This document shows positions 9,242 to 17,890 of a stretch of DNA of 64,000 nt, piece after piece. The position numbers and the translations under genes were made by a program. This DNA is from an uncultured delta proteobacterium. GTDB taxonomy: Bacteria; Myxococcota_A; Polyangia; Fen-1088. The notes under the pieces were generated by a model that saw only the letters and a program-made list of their open reading frames with translations, was not told the origin of the DNA and ran no database searches. Every line of letters starts with the position of its first letter. The first letter of the stretch is position 1. The stretch is from assembly GCA_963758155.1 (NCBI GenBank), contig CAVWUP010000006.1, forward strand, positions 22,399 through 86,398. The letters are read 5' to 3'.

Positions 9242-11624
9242 TCAAGAAGCCTTGTACAGCTCGTCCTCAAGATCGCGGACAGCCTGCTGGTACTTGTCCT
9301 TGCCGCCGAAGGTTTCCACGATCTCGACCGGGGTGCCCAGGCGGGAGAGCGGGTTCAGCTTGAGAACGTTCATGGTCTCGATGTCGTCCACGCCCTCGTC
9401 GGCGTACTTCTGCAGCAGCGCCTCCAGGGTATCGCGGGCAGCGGGACCGTACTTGGTGAAGTAGTTCCGCTTGCGCACGTTGTTGGCGCGCTCCTTGCGG
9501 GTCAGGGCTGGCTGGTCAAAGGCCACGTGGCACACGAGATCGAAAGCCGAAAAGTCCTTGCCCACTTCCTCGGCCAGCTCCTCGAAGAAGACGCCTTGCT
9601 CGCGCAGCTCGGCGACCACGGCCTGCTTGCGGTCGGCCTCGGTCCAGACTTTGAGGAACCGATCCAGGGACGCGAACTCCTTGCGCACGGCCTTGCGGAC
9701 GTAGTCACGCAAGGATTCGCTGACCAGTTTGCCGTCGTTGCCGTAGTACTGGACGCGCATTGGCGAGTCACGGTGACCGGCACGTCGTCCACGACGTACT
9801 TCTTGCGATGGCCGCCATCAGCAGAGACAGCTTCGCCGGGACTGCCTTCCCCGCTTGCCCTGGGCTTCGCCATCAGCAAACGCCGGGGCGGCGGCAATGC
9901 TGCCTTCCTCGTCCGGGATCTCTGGGGGAACCGGGGACTCGTCGACTTTGGGCCGGTAGATCTGTACCGGCTGACCATCGAAGTCGGGATCGGCGAACAG
10001 CTCGGTGGCGCGCTTGAAGTCGATGATGGTGAAGTAGCGCTTGTTGTAGTCTTCGCGGATGCGCGTGCCACGTCCGATGATCTGCTTGAACTCGGTCATG
10101 GACTGGATGGTTTGGTCCAGAACGATCAGCTTGCAGGTCTGGGCGTCCACGCCGGTGCTCATCAGTTTCGATGTGGTCGCGATGACCGGGTAGCGCTGGT
10201 CGGGAGTGATGAAGTTTTCCAGCTCGCCCTTGCCATCGGGGCTGTCCCCGGTGATGCGCATGATGTACTTGCGGTTGGCGGAGGACAGATCCTCGTTCTC
10301 GTTGACCAGGGCCTGGCGCATGCGTTCGGCGTGATCGATGTCTTCGCAGAAGATGATGGTCTTGTCGTAGCGGTCGGTGGCCTTGAGAAACTCGGTCACC
10401 TTGCGCGCCACGAGCTCGGTCCGCTTTTCGAGAACGAGGGTGCGGTCGAAGTCGCGCTGGTTGTAGATGCGGTCGATCGATGACTTCGCCGTGCTTGTCG
10501 CGCTTGCCTTGCTCGGGCCGCCAGCCCTGGAGATCCTTGTCGAGATCGATGCGCACCACCTTGTAGGGGGCCAGGAAGCCGTCTTCGATGCCTTGCTTGA
10601 GCGAGTAGACGTAGACCGGCTCGCCGAAGTAGTTCGTGGTGGAGATGTCGGTGGTTTCCTTGGGCGTGGCGGTCAGGCCGATCTGCGTCGCCGATGAGAA
10701 ATAGTCCAAGATCTCGCGCCAGGCGGAGTTGGCGTTCGCGCTGCCGCGGTGACATTCATCGACGACGATCAGGTCGAAGAATCCAGGGGAGAACTGCTTG
10801 AAGATGTCCTGCGACTCTTCGTTGCCAGAAATCGCCTGGTACAGGGCCAGATAGATCTCGTAGGACTTCTCGGCCTGGCGGTTCTTGATCCGGTGCATGG
10901 CCGCACCAAACGGGCTGAAGTCCTTGTTCTTGGTCTGGGTCAACAGGATGTCGCGGTCAGCGAGGAACAAGATGCGCTTCTTGATGCCCGCCTTCCACAG
11001 GCGCCAGATGATCTGGAACGCGGTGTAGGTCTTGCCGGTCCCGGTGGCCATGACCAGCAGGACGCGGTCTTGTCCCTTGGCGATGGCTTCGACAGTGGCG
11101 TTGATGGCGCGGGCCTGGTAGTAGCGCGGGCTCTTGTCGACGGCGTCAGGGTAGTAGTCCTGGGTGACGGTGGGCAAGCTGGCGCCGCTGATGCCCTTCC
11201 ACGTGCAGTACCGCTTCCACAGCTCGGCCGGTGAGGGGAACGCATCCATGGAAAATTCACGCTCAGGACGCCGCTGCTGACCCGACCTGTCGTGTTCGAG
11301 GAAGCCGTCCCCGTTCGAGCTGTAGACTGACGGCACGCCCAGCATTTCGGCGTAGGTCAGGGCCTGTTGCATGCCATCGCCAACCCGGTGCTTGTTGTCC
11401 TTGGCCTCAACCACCGCGATGGGGATGTTCGGCTTGTAGAAGAGGACGTAGTCGGCGAACTTCCGCTCGCCCCGTCGGACCATGCGTCCGCGAACGATGA
11501 CCTGGCCGTCGGTCAGGTAGACCTGCTCGCGCACCTGCGAATTGATGTCCCACCCGGATGCGGTCAACGCCGGGGTGATGAACTTGGTACAGATGTCCCG
11601 TTCCGACAGGTCTTTCTTGTTCAC
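9242..11624 (-). pseudogene. hsdR: Type I R-M restriction/helicase subunit HsdR, three frameshifts
   Basis: A GTG at 11624 gives [20 protein letters not shown]. Nuclease (VVEAKD) and helicase motifs ([18 protein letters not shown]) are in the frame of ORF 9873..11813. The helicase C-terminus ([13 protein letters not shown]...QIIGRGTR) is in the frame of ORF 9818..10411. KKYVVDDVPVTVTRQ is in a third frame, and the C-terminus (RVQYYGNDGKLVSE...) is in ORF 9242..9760. Confidence 0.85.
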
Positions 11625-11694
11625 GATGTGCCCGCCAGCCAGACGCCATGGTACCGCAGATCGCGGTCGCTGGCGCGATTGAAGGCAGACAGTC

Positions 11695-12567
11695 TCACCC
11701 CGTCGACTTCTTCCCCGGCGTTCCCGGGACTTTGCGGAAATCCACGAAGAGCTTGCGCTCGGTGGGTTGGCAGGTGGGGCAGAAGCAGGCGTCGTCGCGG
11801 CCCACGCGCACACGGCGGATTGTGGTTGCGCAGACCAGACAGGGCTCGCCCGCGCGGCCTCGCACCTTGAGGAAGTCGCGAACCTTCACTTCGATGGGCT
11901 GGTTGCGCGCCTCAATCTCGCGAATCGCGGCGTCCAGAATCTCGCGGATGGCGGCGAAGAGGCGGTCCACGTCGTCGGGCTGCAACTTGTGGCAGAAGGT
12001 CTTGGGGTGCAGGCGCGCGGCGAAGAGAATCTCGTCGGCGTAGGCGTTGCCGATGGAAGCGAGCGCGGTCTTGTCGAGCAGGAACTGGCGGACTTGATCA
12101 CGTCGGTTGGCCACCAGGCGCCGCATGTGCGACAGGGTGAACGCGTCCGAAAGCAGGTCGACGCCCAAAGTGGCGAAGCCAGGGATTTGATCCAACTGGT
12201 CGACGCGGGCCACGTAGATCTTGCCCATGCGGGTCTCGTCCGCGTAGCGCAACTCGGTGCCACCCGAGAAGGCCAGCGCCAGGATCAAATCGCGGCCCGC
12301 GCGCGTTCCGGTTTGCACCAACGAGTACCGGCCGGTCAACATCGCGTTCACCACCATGCACAGGCCGCCATCCAGATCGAAGCGTAGAAACTGCCCGCGT
12401 CGCTTCACTTCGACGATGCGCTTGCCCTTGAGCATCGCCGGGAACGGGTCCGGCACCATGATCCGTAGCACCACCGGATCGCCGACGCGAACATCGACGA
12501 TGGGCAGGCCGCACGCTTCCCGCCTCAGCACGGCTTCCACGTGAACCAGATCGGGCAACTCGGGCAC
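11695..12567 (-). CDS. Fpg/Nei-family DNA glycosylase / AP lyase
   Basis: A GTG at 12567 gives (M)[12 protein letters not shown], matching the catalytic N-terminal Pro-Glu of Fpg. H2TH region [20 protein letters not shown] and C-terminal zinc finger CLVCATTI...CFCPTCQ are present. Confidence 0.85.
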   Translation of the reverse strand: MPELPDLVHVEAVLRREACGLPIVDVRVGDPVVLRIMVPDPFPAMLKGKRIVEVKRRGQFLRFDLDGGLCMVVNAMLTGRYSLVQTGTRAGRDLILALAFSGGTELRYADETRMGKIYVARVDQLDQIPGFATLGVDLLSDAFTLSHMRRLVANRRDQVRQFLLDKTALASIGNAYADEILFAARLHPKTFCHKLQPDDVDRLFAAIREILDAAIREIEARNQPIEVKVRDFLKVRGRAGEPCLVCATTIRRVRVGRDDACFCPTCQPTERKLFVDFRKVPGTPGKKSTG

Positions 12568-12748
12568 GGTCCCCACCGTAGCACCGGTGTCCGCGGTTTG
12601 CTTTCGCCCCGGTACCGGGCGCATGATGACAGTCTGCGGTGTGGTGGGGCCGACATATCTGCCCCGATCGTGTCGTCCTCGCCAACGGCAAAGGCTGGAA
12701 TCCAGGCCATCTTCCCGTTGGCGGGGCAATTGCATGAGGTGACGAGCC

Positions 12749-13741
12749 ATGAAAAAGACATCTGTTGTTTTGGTCGGGGTTTCGCTGTTGGCGGGCGCTG
12801 CCGGATTCGTGCTCTTCGCGCGATCCGGGGCCAAAGCTGGCCCGCTGCGGGGCGCGGCCGCGAGCTGCACTGATGAAGACGGCGACGGCTATGGCATCGG
12901 GTGTGCGGCCGGACCTGACTGCAACGACCGCGATCCGGCCATGCACCCTGGTGCGGTCGAAGTCTGCAATTTCAAGGACGACGACTGCAATGGCCTGGTC
13001 GATGATGGGCCTGGCTGCCCGGCGCCGGCCCTGGATTCCAGCCCCGTGCACGTGCCCGCGGGCTCCTTCCTGATGGGAAGCGAGGCCGGGGCAGCGGACG
13101 AGAAACCGGTTCACCGGGTCCATGGCTCGGCCTTCGTCATGGACCGCTACGAGGTCACCAATGCCCGCTATCAGGCCTGCGTGAACGCGGGCGCTTGTGC
13201 CGCGCCCGCGCTTTCAAGCTCGAATGTGCGGCCCCATTACTTCGACGACCCTGCTTTTGCGGACTACCCGGTGATTCACGTGTCCTGGAAGCAAGCCACG
13301 CAATTCTGTGCCTTTGCCGGTGGACGGCTGCCCAGTGAAGCGGAATGGGAACGCGCCGCCGCCGGCAGCGATGCCCCGCGTACCTATCCCTGGGGTGACA
13401 GCGCGCCGGATTGCACCAAGGCCAATTTCGCCGGCTGCGTGGGCGACACGGATCGCGTGGGTCGCCGCGTGGCGGGACAGAGCCCTTACGGCGCATTCGA
13501 CATGGCGGGGAACGTCTGGGAATGGACCGCGGATTGGTACGATGCAGCCTACTACAGTCGCAGCCCCAGCCGCGATCCGGTCGGCCCGGACAGCGGCACG
13601 TTGAAGGTCATGCGCGGCGGTTGCTGGATAAGTGGCGAGAATTCTCTGCGCACCACCTGCCGCAAGGCCGAATTGCCTGGTCTATGGGCGCCCAATGTCG
13701 GATTCCGTTGCGTCTACGCGAACGGCGGGAAGGGGGACTGA
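12749..13741 (+). CDS. Secreted FGE-sulfatase (SUMF1) domain protein with N-terminal Cys-rich metal-binding-type repeats
   Basis: Signal/TM segment MKKTSVVLVGVSLLAGAAGFVLFA. Cys-rich repeats CTDEDGDGYG..CNDRDPAMHPGAVEVCNFKDDDCNG. FGE motifs RLPSEAEWERAA, GNVWEWTADWY, RGGCW. Confidence 0.85.
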   Translation: MKKTSVVLVGVSLLAGAAGFVLFARSGAKAGPLRGAAASCTDEDGDGYGIGCAAGPDCNDRDPAMHPGAVEVCNFKDDDCNGLVDDGPGCPAPALDSSPVHVPAGSFLMGSEAGAADEKPVHRVHGSAFVMDRYEVTNARYQACVNAGACAAPALSSSNVRPHYFDDPAFADYPVIHVSWKQATQFCAFAGGRLPSEAEWERAAAGSDAPRTYPWGDSAPDCTKANFAGCVGDTDRVGRRVAGQSPYGAFDMAGNVWEWTADWYDAAYYSRSPSRDPVGPDSGTLKVMRGGCWISGENSLRTTCRKAELPGLWAPNVGFRCVYANGGKGD

Positions 13742-13743
13742 CC

Positions 13744-15174
13744 ATGAAAACCCAACTTGCACTCGCTGCCGGTTTCGTAGGCCTTCTTGCTGCCCGCTCG
13801 GTCTTTCCCTGCGGCGCGCCCTTTGGCACAGGAATCTCGGCCAATCCGCAACAGGACATCATCGTGGCCTACAAGAATGGGGTGGAGACCTACGTGTTCC
13901 AACCCACGTTCTGTGGTACCGCCAGCAATTTCGGATTGATCCTCCCCGTTCCTTCGACTCTCACGGTGTCCCCGGCCCTGTCCGACCAGCAAGCCTTCAC
14001 CACCGCCGACAGCCTGTCACAGCCGGAGTACATCACCAACACCGTTTGTATGGGAGGGACCACCGGTAGCGGCACGGGGGTGGCCGCCGCGGGCGGATCG
14101 TCGGGGTCGAACGGCGGCGCCACCGTGGTATCGAGCGGCCGGGTGGGTTTCCTCGATTGGGCTCAACTCAAGGCTGATACCGTGGCGTCGTTCACGGATT
14201 GGCTGACCAGCAACGGGTATCCTTACGGCACGGCAGCGTCGGACGTATTTTCCTATTACGTGCAGAAGGATTGGTACTTCGTAGCTTTCAAGATTAGCCA
14301 GGGGGCCATGCCCGACGGCGGAAGCGGCGTGGTTTGCAATGCCCTGGGTCCGGTCAAGCTGTCGTTCGCGTCCACTGTGCCGGTCGTGCCCTCGCGCATG
14401 GCAACCGCCGGCACCGTCTCGACGGGTCCCTATTCGTACGCCTTTTCCTGGCGCATTTTTGCCATCACCTCGGGCGACCAGCAACTGGCCTTTACCGACG
14501 GGGCGAACAGCAATCGGGTATTTGGATACTCGGGGGCGCTGGCAGCATCCGATGTTACCTCTTTGGCTGGACTGGCTCAGACGGGCGACCGTCTGACCAA
14601 GCTGACTTTGACGTTCGCCTACGGATCGACGGATCCGGATGTCGGCCTGTCTTTGGCCACCGCGAGTGACTATCGGCAAATCATATACAACACCCAGTAT
14701 GTCCATTGCCTCGATGCCGGCACGGATGCTGTCGTCGACGGGATTCCCGGCGGGTTGAGGGACGTGGGGACTTCGACCGATCTGCAGCCGCGGCCCACGC
14801 CCGACGCAGACTCCTCTTTTGACGTGGAACCCGCTGCCGACGCTTGGGTGAGTCCAGTCCTGCGATTCGATGCGCAGCCCGCACCTGTGCCCGATGCCGG
14901 CCCCAGCGCCGATGCAGGCGCTCGGGTGGTTGCCGACGCTCGCATCAGCTCGGACACAGCTTCTCACATGGTCCCCGACGCAGGAACCAAGCCCGAGGCA
15001 CCGGCCGCGGTAGCAGGCGTCGATGCGGGAGGCAACTTCGACGCCGCGAGCATTGCTGGGCTTTCCGCCCGGGGCAGCGGCTGCTCGATGGCCGGAGGCT
15101 CGACCTCCGGCGGCTGCCTCGCTCTCACCTTGCTCGGGCTGGTGTTCGCTGTCCGGCTTCGCAGGCGGCGATAG
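13744..15174 (+). CDS. DUF2330-like secreted protein with MYXO-CTERM-type tail
   Basis: ATG at 13744 lies 3 nt after the FGE-domain gene stop. Signal peptide then FPCGAPFG...YVFQPTFCGTASNFGLILPVP. The C-terminus is GSGCSMAGGSTSGGCLALTLLGLVFAVRLRRRR. Confidence 0.7.
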   Translation: MKTQLALAAGFVGLLAARSVFPCGAPFGTGISANPQQDIIVAYKNGVETYVFQPTFCGTASNFGLILPVPSTLTVSPALSDQQAFTTADSLSQPEYITNTVCMGGTTGSGTGVAAAGGSSGSNGGATVVSSGRVGFLDWAQLKADTVASFTDWLTSNGYPYGTAASDVFSYYVQKDWYFVAFKISQGAMPDGGSGVVCNALGPVKLSFASTVPVVPSRMATAGTVSTGPYSYAFSWRIFAITSGDQQLAFTDGANSNRVFGYSGALAASDVTSLAGLAQTGDRLTKLTLTFAYGSTDPDVGLSLATASDYRQIIYNTQYVHCLDAGTDAVVDGIPGGLRDVGTSTDLQPRPTPDADSSFDVEPAADAWVSPVLRFDAQPAPVPDAGPSADAGARVVADARISSDTASHMVPDAGTKPEAPAAVAGVDAGGNFDAASIAGLSARGSGCSMAGGSTSGGCLALTLLGLVFAVRLRRRR

Positions 15175-15201
15175 CACAGGCCAGAGGCTGCAGCTTCGCA
15201 G

Positions 15202-16347
15202 CTATCTTGTGCCGAGAGCCTTTTCCAGAGCCTCAAGTGACAGGAAGGTGAGCTTGAGCTTGCCGTGCTTGCGCTCGAGCGGTGCGGGCAGGTCGGGAAC
15301 CACCACGAAGTTGCGCCCGGCCGTATGGGTCTCCCTGAAAGCGAACACGCCCCTCGGATCGAACGAAGCGACCGACCACTTGCACTCGATGGCGTCGGCA
15401 GCGTGGCGGCCTGCGGGCAACACGAAGTCCACCTCGCGCTGTTGCTTGTCTCGCCAGTAGTGAACCGCGCGCGCCGGGAAGGATGCCGTCAGGGTTTCCA
15501 GCACAAGATGCTCCCACAACAGTCCGCAGTCCTTGGAGCGTAGCTCGTTCCATCCGCGACAGTACGCCACGAAGCCGCTGTCGAAGCCGTAGACCTTGGG
15601 TTGACGAACCAGCTCCTGCTTGCCGCTGCCGTGATACGGTCGCAGCAGGGTGACCGCGTGGGTGACCTGCAGAACCTCCACGTAGTTCATCACCGTGGGG
15701 CGGCTCAGCTCGCAAGCACGGGCGATGGAAGCGAAATCGCAGAGCCCACCGCTCTGGCGCAGCAGCAACTCGACCAAACGCAGGAAAGCCGACCGTTTCT
15801 CCACCCGGAACAGCTCCTGTACGTCGCGCGCGTAGAACGAGTCGAGCCACTCGGCGTAGAATTCGGGCTCCCGCTGCTCGGCCAGCAAGGCCGGTGGCAG
15901 ACCGCCACGCAGCAGGCGACGCCGCAGGTCCTTCACCCCGAAGGCCGCCAGTTCCCGCACCAGCACAGGCTGCAGGTGAACCATCTGCTTGCGGCCGGTG
16001 AGCGAATCGCGAAACTTCTGCGTGGCCGCCAGGGTCGACGAGCCGGTGGCCAAAACCTTGAGGTGCGGGAAGGCGTCTGCGGCAATCTTGAGAAGGCGGC
16101 TGGGGTCAGGAAGTTGGTGGATCTCGTCGAGAATCAACACGGGCGCTTCCACCGAACGCAGGAATCTCTCTGGATCGGCGACGCGCTCGGCGGTGCTGGG
16201 GAGATCGCAACTCAGGTACAGCGCCTGGTCCAGGCTGCGCGCCAGCGTCGTCTTGCCAACCCGGCGCACGCCTGACAACCAAGCAATCGGCACGCGACTC
16301 CAGGCGCGCCGGAGCTTCTCGTCCCAGAAGGGCCGCAGGACTTCCAT
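15202..16347 (-). CDS. AAA-family ATPase with DUF4143-type C-terminal domain
   Basis: 381-aa ORF with Walker A GVRRVGKTT and Walker B VLILDEIH. The C-terminal half is restriction-endonuclease-like (REVDFVL). Confidence 0.85.
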   Translation of the reverse strand: MEVLRPFWDEKLRRAWSRVPIAWLSGVRRVGKTTLARSLDQALYLSCDLPSTAERVADPERFLRSVEAPVLILDEIHQLPDPSRLLKIAADAFPHLKVLATGSSTLAATQKFRDSLTGRKQMVHLQPVLVRELAAFGVKDLRRRLLRGGLPPALLAEQREPEFYAEWLDSFYARDVQELFRVEKRSAFLRLVELLLRQSGGLCDFASIARACELSRPTVMNYVEVLQVTHAVTLLRPYHGSGKQELVRQPKVYGFDSGFVAYCRGWNELRSKDCGLLWEHLVLETLTASFPARAVHYWRDKQQREVDFVLPAGRHAADAIECKWSVASFDPRGVFAFRETHTAGRNFVVVPDLPAPLERKHGKLKLTFLSLEALEKALGTR

Positions 16348-16531
16348 ATCCAGACTTTATGTTTGGTCTAACCATTTGTAAAGTCTGTTTCCGTCTGCGC
16401 AACCGGCACGTCGGGCCCAAAACAGGTCAGCGCCAACCGCGCCGTGCTTGACCCGAAGGGCAGCGGCACCATTGACGTGGGCGGCGGGTTGCCTGACGGA
16501 CGGGTCTGCTGGAATTCACATCAGCAAATTG

Positions 16532-16549
16532 TTGTGAATTCCATCACAA
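16532..16549 (+). promoter_or_regulatory. Candidate Rex operator TTGTGAATTCCATCACAA
   Basis: Near-palindrome matching the Rex box consensus TTGTGAA-N4-TTCACAA. It lies in an A/T-rich spacer about 180 nt upstream of rex and overlaps a perfect 10-bp inverted repeat (GGAATTCACA at 16511..16520, TGTGAATTCC at 16534..16543). Confidence 0.6.
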
Positions 16550-16731
16550 TCTTGTCATCTCAAATCTTCTATTGATTACGCTAGGTTATCCAGATCAAAC
16601 GCGAACAATTCACGTGCTGAATGCGCTTATTAGATAGTCAACGCGCGCGCAACCATTGACTTTCATTGCCTTAGGCGTACCATCGCGATGTTAGCTGTTA
16701 CTGCAATCACAGCGTTTCTAGGTTCACATAG

Positions 16732-17400
16732 ATGCCTGTACATAACTTTCACAGACACGGCCGCGGTGGAGCCAATATTGCCTCGGAACGGGTGGTTTCG
16801 CGGCTGATTCTTTATCGGCGGCTCTTGCGCGAAATGTCATCGAGAGGTATCCGGTGCGTGTTCTCCCACCAGATCGCCAAGCGCGCCAACGCAACTCCGG
16901 CGCAACTTCGCCGCGACCTCATGGGGCTCGGCTCGGTCGGGACGCCCAGCCGCGGCTACGAGGTCAAGGAACTGGAAGCACGCATCGGCGACTACTTGGC
17001 CGCGTCTGCCCCGCAAAGGGCGGCTCTGGCTGGGGTGGGGAACCTGGGCCGCGCGCTGCTGAAGTATGCGTCGTCGCGCGGGGCTGGCCTGCGCATCGTT
17101 GCAGCCCTGGACCAGGAACCGGCGCAACTCGAGACCAGCGCTGGTGAGTGTCCCTGTTTCCACATCAGCGAGACGGCCAAGGTCGTCAGCGACTTCAACA
17201 TCGACGTGGCCATCATCGCGGTCCCGGGCCCCGCAGCCCAGGGTGTGGCCAATCGGCTTATCGAGGCCGGGGTGCAGAGTCTGCTCAATTTTTCGGACGC
17301 ACCCTTGCGCGTGCCAGCCGACGTCTTCGTGGACCACGTCGACATCGACGTCTCGCTGGAGAAGTTCGCCTTCTTCGCCCGCCGAAACGCGCGGCAGTGA
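16732..17400 (+). CDS. rex: Redox-sensing transcriptional repressor Rex
   Basis: 222 aa. N-terminal winged helix VSRLILYRRLLREM..SHQIAKRANATPAQLRRDL, then the Rossmann motif LAGVGNLGRAL. Confidence 0.9.
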   Translation: MPVHNFHRHGRGGANIASERVVSRLILYRRLLREMSSRGIRCVFSHQIAKRANATPAQLRRDLMGLGSVGTPSRGYEVKELEARIGDYLAASAPQRAALAGVGNLGRALLKYASSRGAGLRIVAALDQEPAQLETSAGECPCFHISETAKVVSDFNIDVAIIAVPGPAAQGVANRLIEAGVQSLLNFSDAPLRVPADVFVDHVDIDVSLEKFAFFARRNARQ

Positions 17401-17407
17401 CAACCTC

Positions 17408-17890
17408 ATGCAAGCCAACAATCACAACATAGACCAGATTCTGGAAAGGCACGTGGGAGCCCGGCGGGATCGGCTGATCCCCATCCTGCAAGAGGTGCAA
17501 AAAGCCCAGGGCCACCTCTCGCGCGAGGCCATGATGAAGGTGGGGCGACACCTGAATCTGCCGGCGAGCAAGGTCTTCGGTGTCGCCACCTTCTACAATC
17601 AGTTCCGCTTCGCCCCCATCGGCAAATTCCACATCCAGGTGTGCCGGGGCACGGCTTGCCACGTGAAAGGCTCGCGCGCGGTGGTCGATGCCATTCGCCG
17701 CACCTTGAAAGTGGAACCAGGCCAATCCACGCGCGATGCCCTCTTCAGCCTGGAAGTCGTGGCCTGTTTGGGTGCATGCGGGCTGGCCCCGGTGGTCGCC
17801 ATCAATGGCGAATTCCACGGCGGTGTCACGTCGGATACCGTGCAGAAGCTCATCGCCAAGTGCCGGAGGGCCGCCCATGCCAACACTTGA
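17408..17890 (+). CDS. hydC: NuoE-like [2Fe-2S] subunit of a multimeric [FeFe]-hydrogenase
   Basis: ATG at 17408 in ORF 17066..17890. NuoE/HoxE-type motifs VCRGTACHVKG and ACLGACGLAPV. Confidence 0.9.
   Translation: MQANNHNIDQILERHVGARRDRLIPILQEVQKAQGHLSREAMMKVGRHLNLPASKVFGVATFYNQFRFAPIGKFHIQVCRGTACHVKGSRAVVDAIRRTLKVEPGQSTRDALFSLEVVACLGACGLAPVVAINGEFHGGVTSDTVQKLIAKCRRAAHANT

Noticed and set aside
11625-11813. Upstream extension of the hsdR ORF (start at 11813)
   Set aside because: The Pro/Ala/Ser/Arg-rich text overlaps the 3' end of the fpg-like gene. Conserved HsdR N-terminal text ([19 protein letters not shown]) starts at the GTG at 11624.
13411-13743. Upstream extension of ORF 13411..15174 (587 aa)
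   Set aside because: It overlaps the 3' end of the FGE-domain gene in another frame and is Arg/Gly-rich. The ATG at 13744 gives a proper signal peptide.
16601-16626. Second palindrome ATTCACGTGCTGAAT in the rex upstream region, considered as another Rex box
   Set aside because: The half-site order is inverted (TTCAC...TGAA rather than GTGAA...TTCAC) and the spacing does not fit the Rex consensus. It may bind something else, but I cannot say what.
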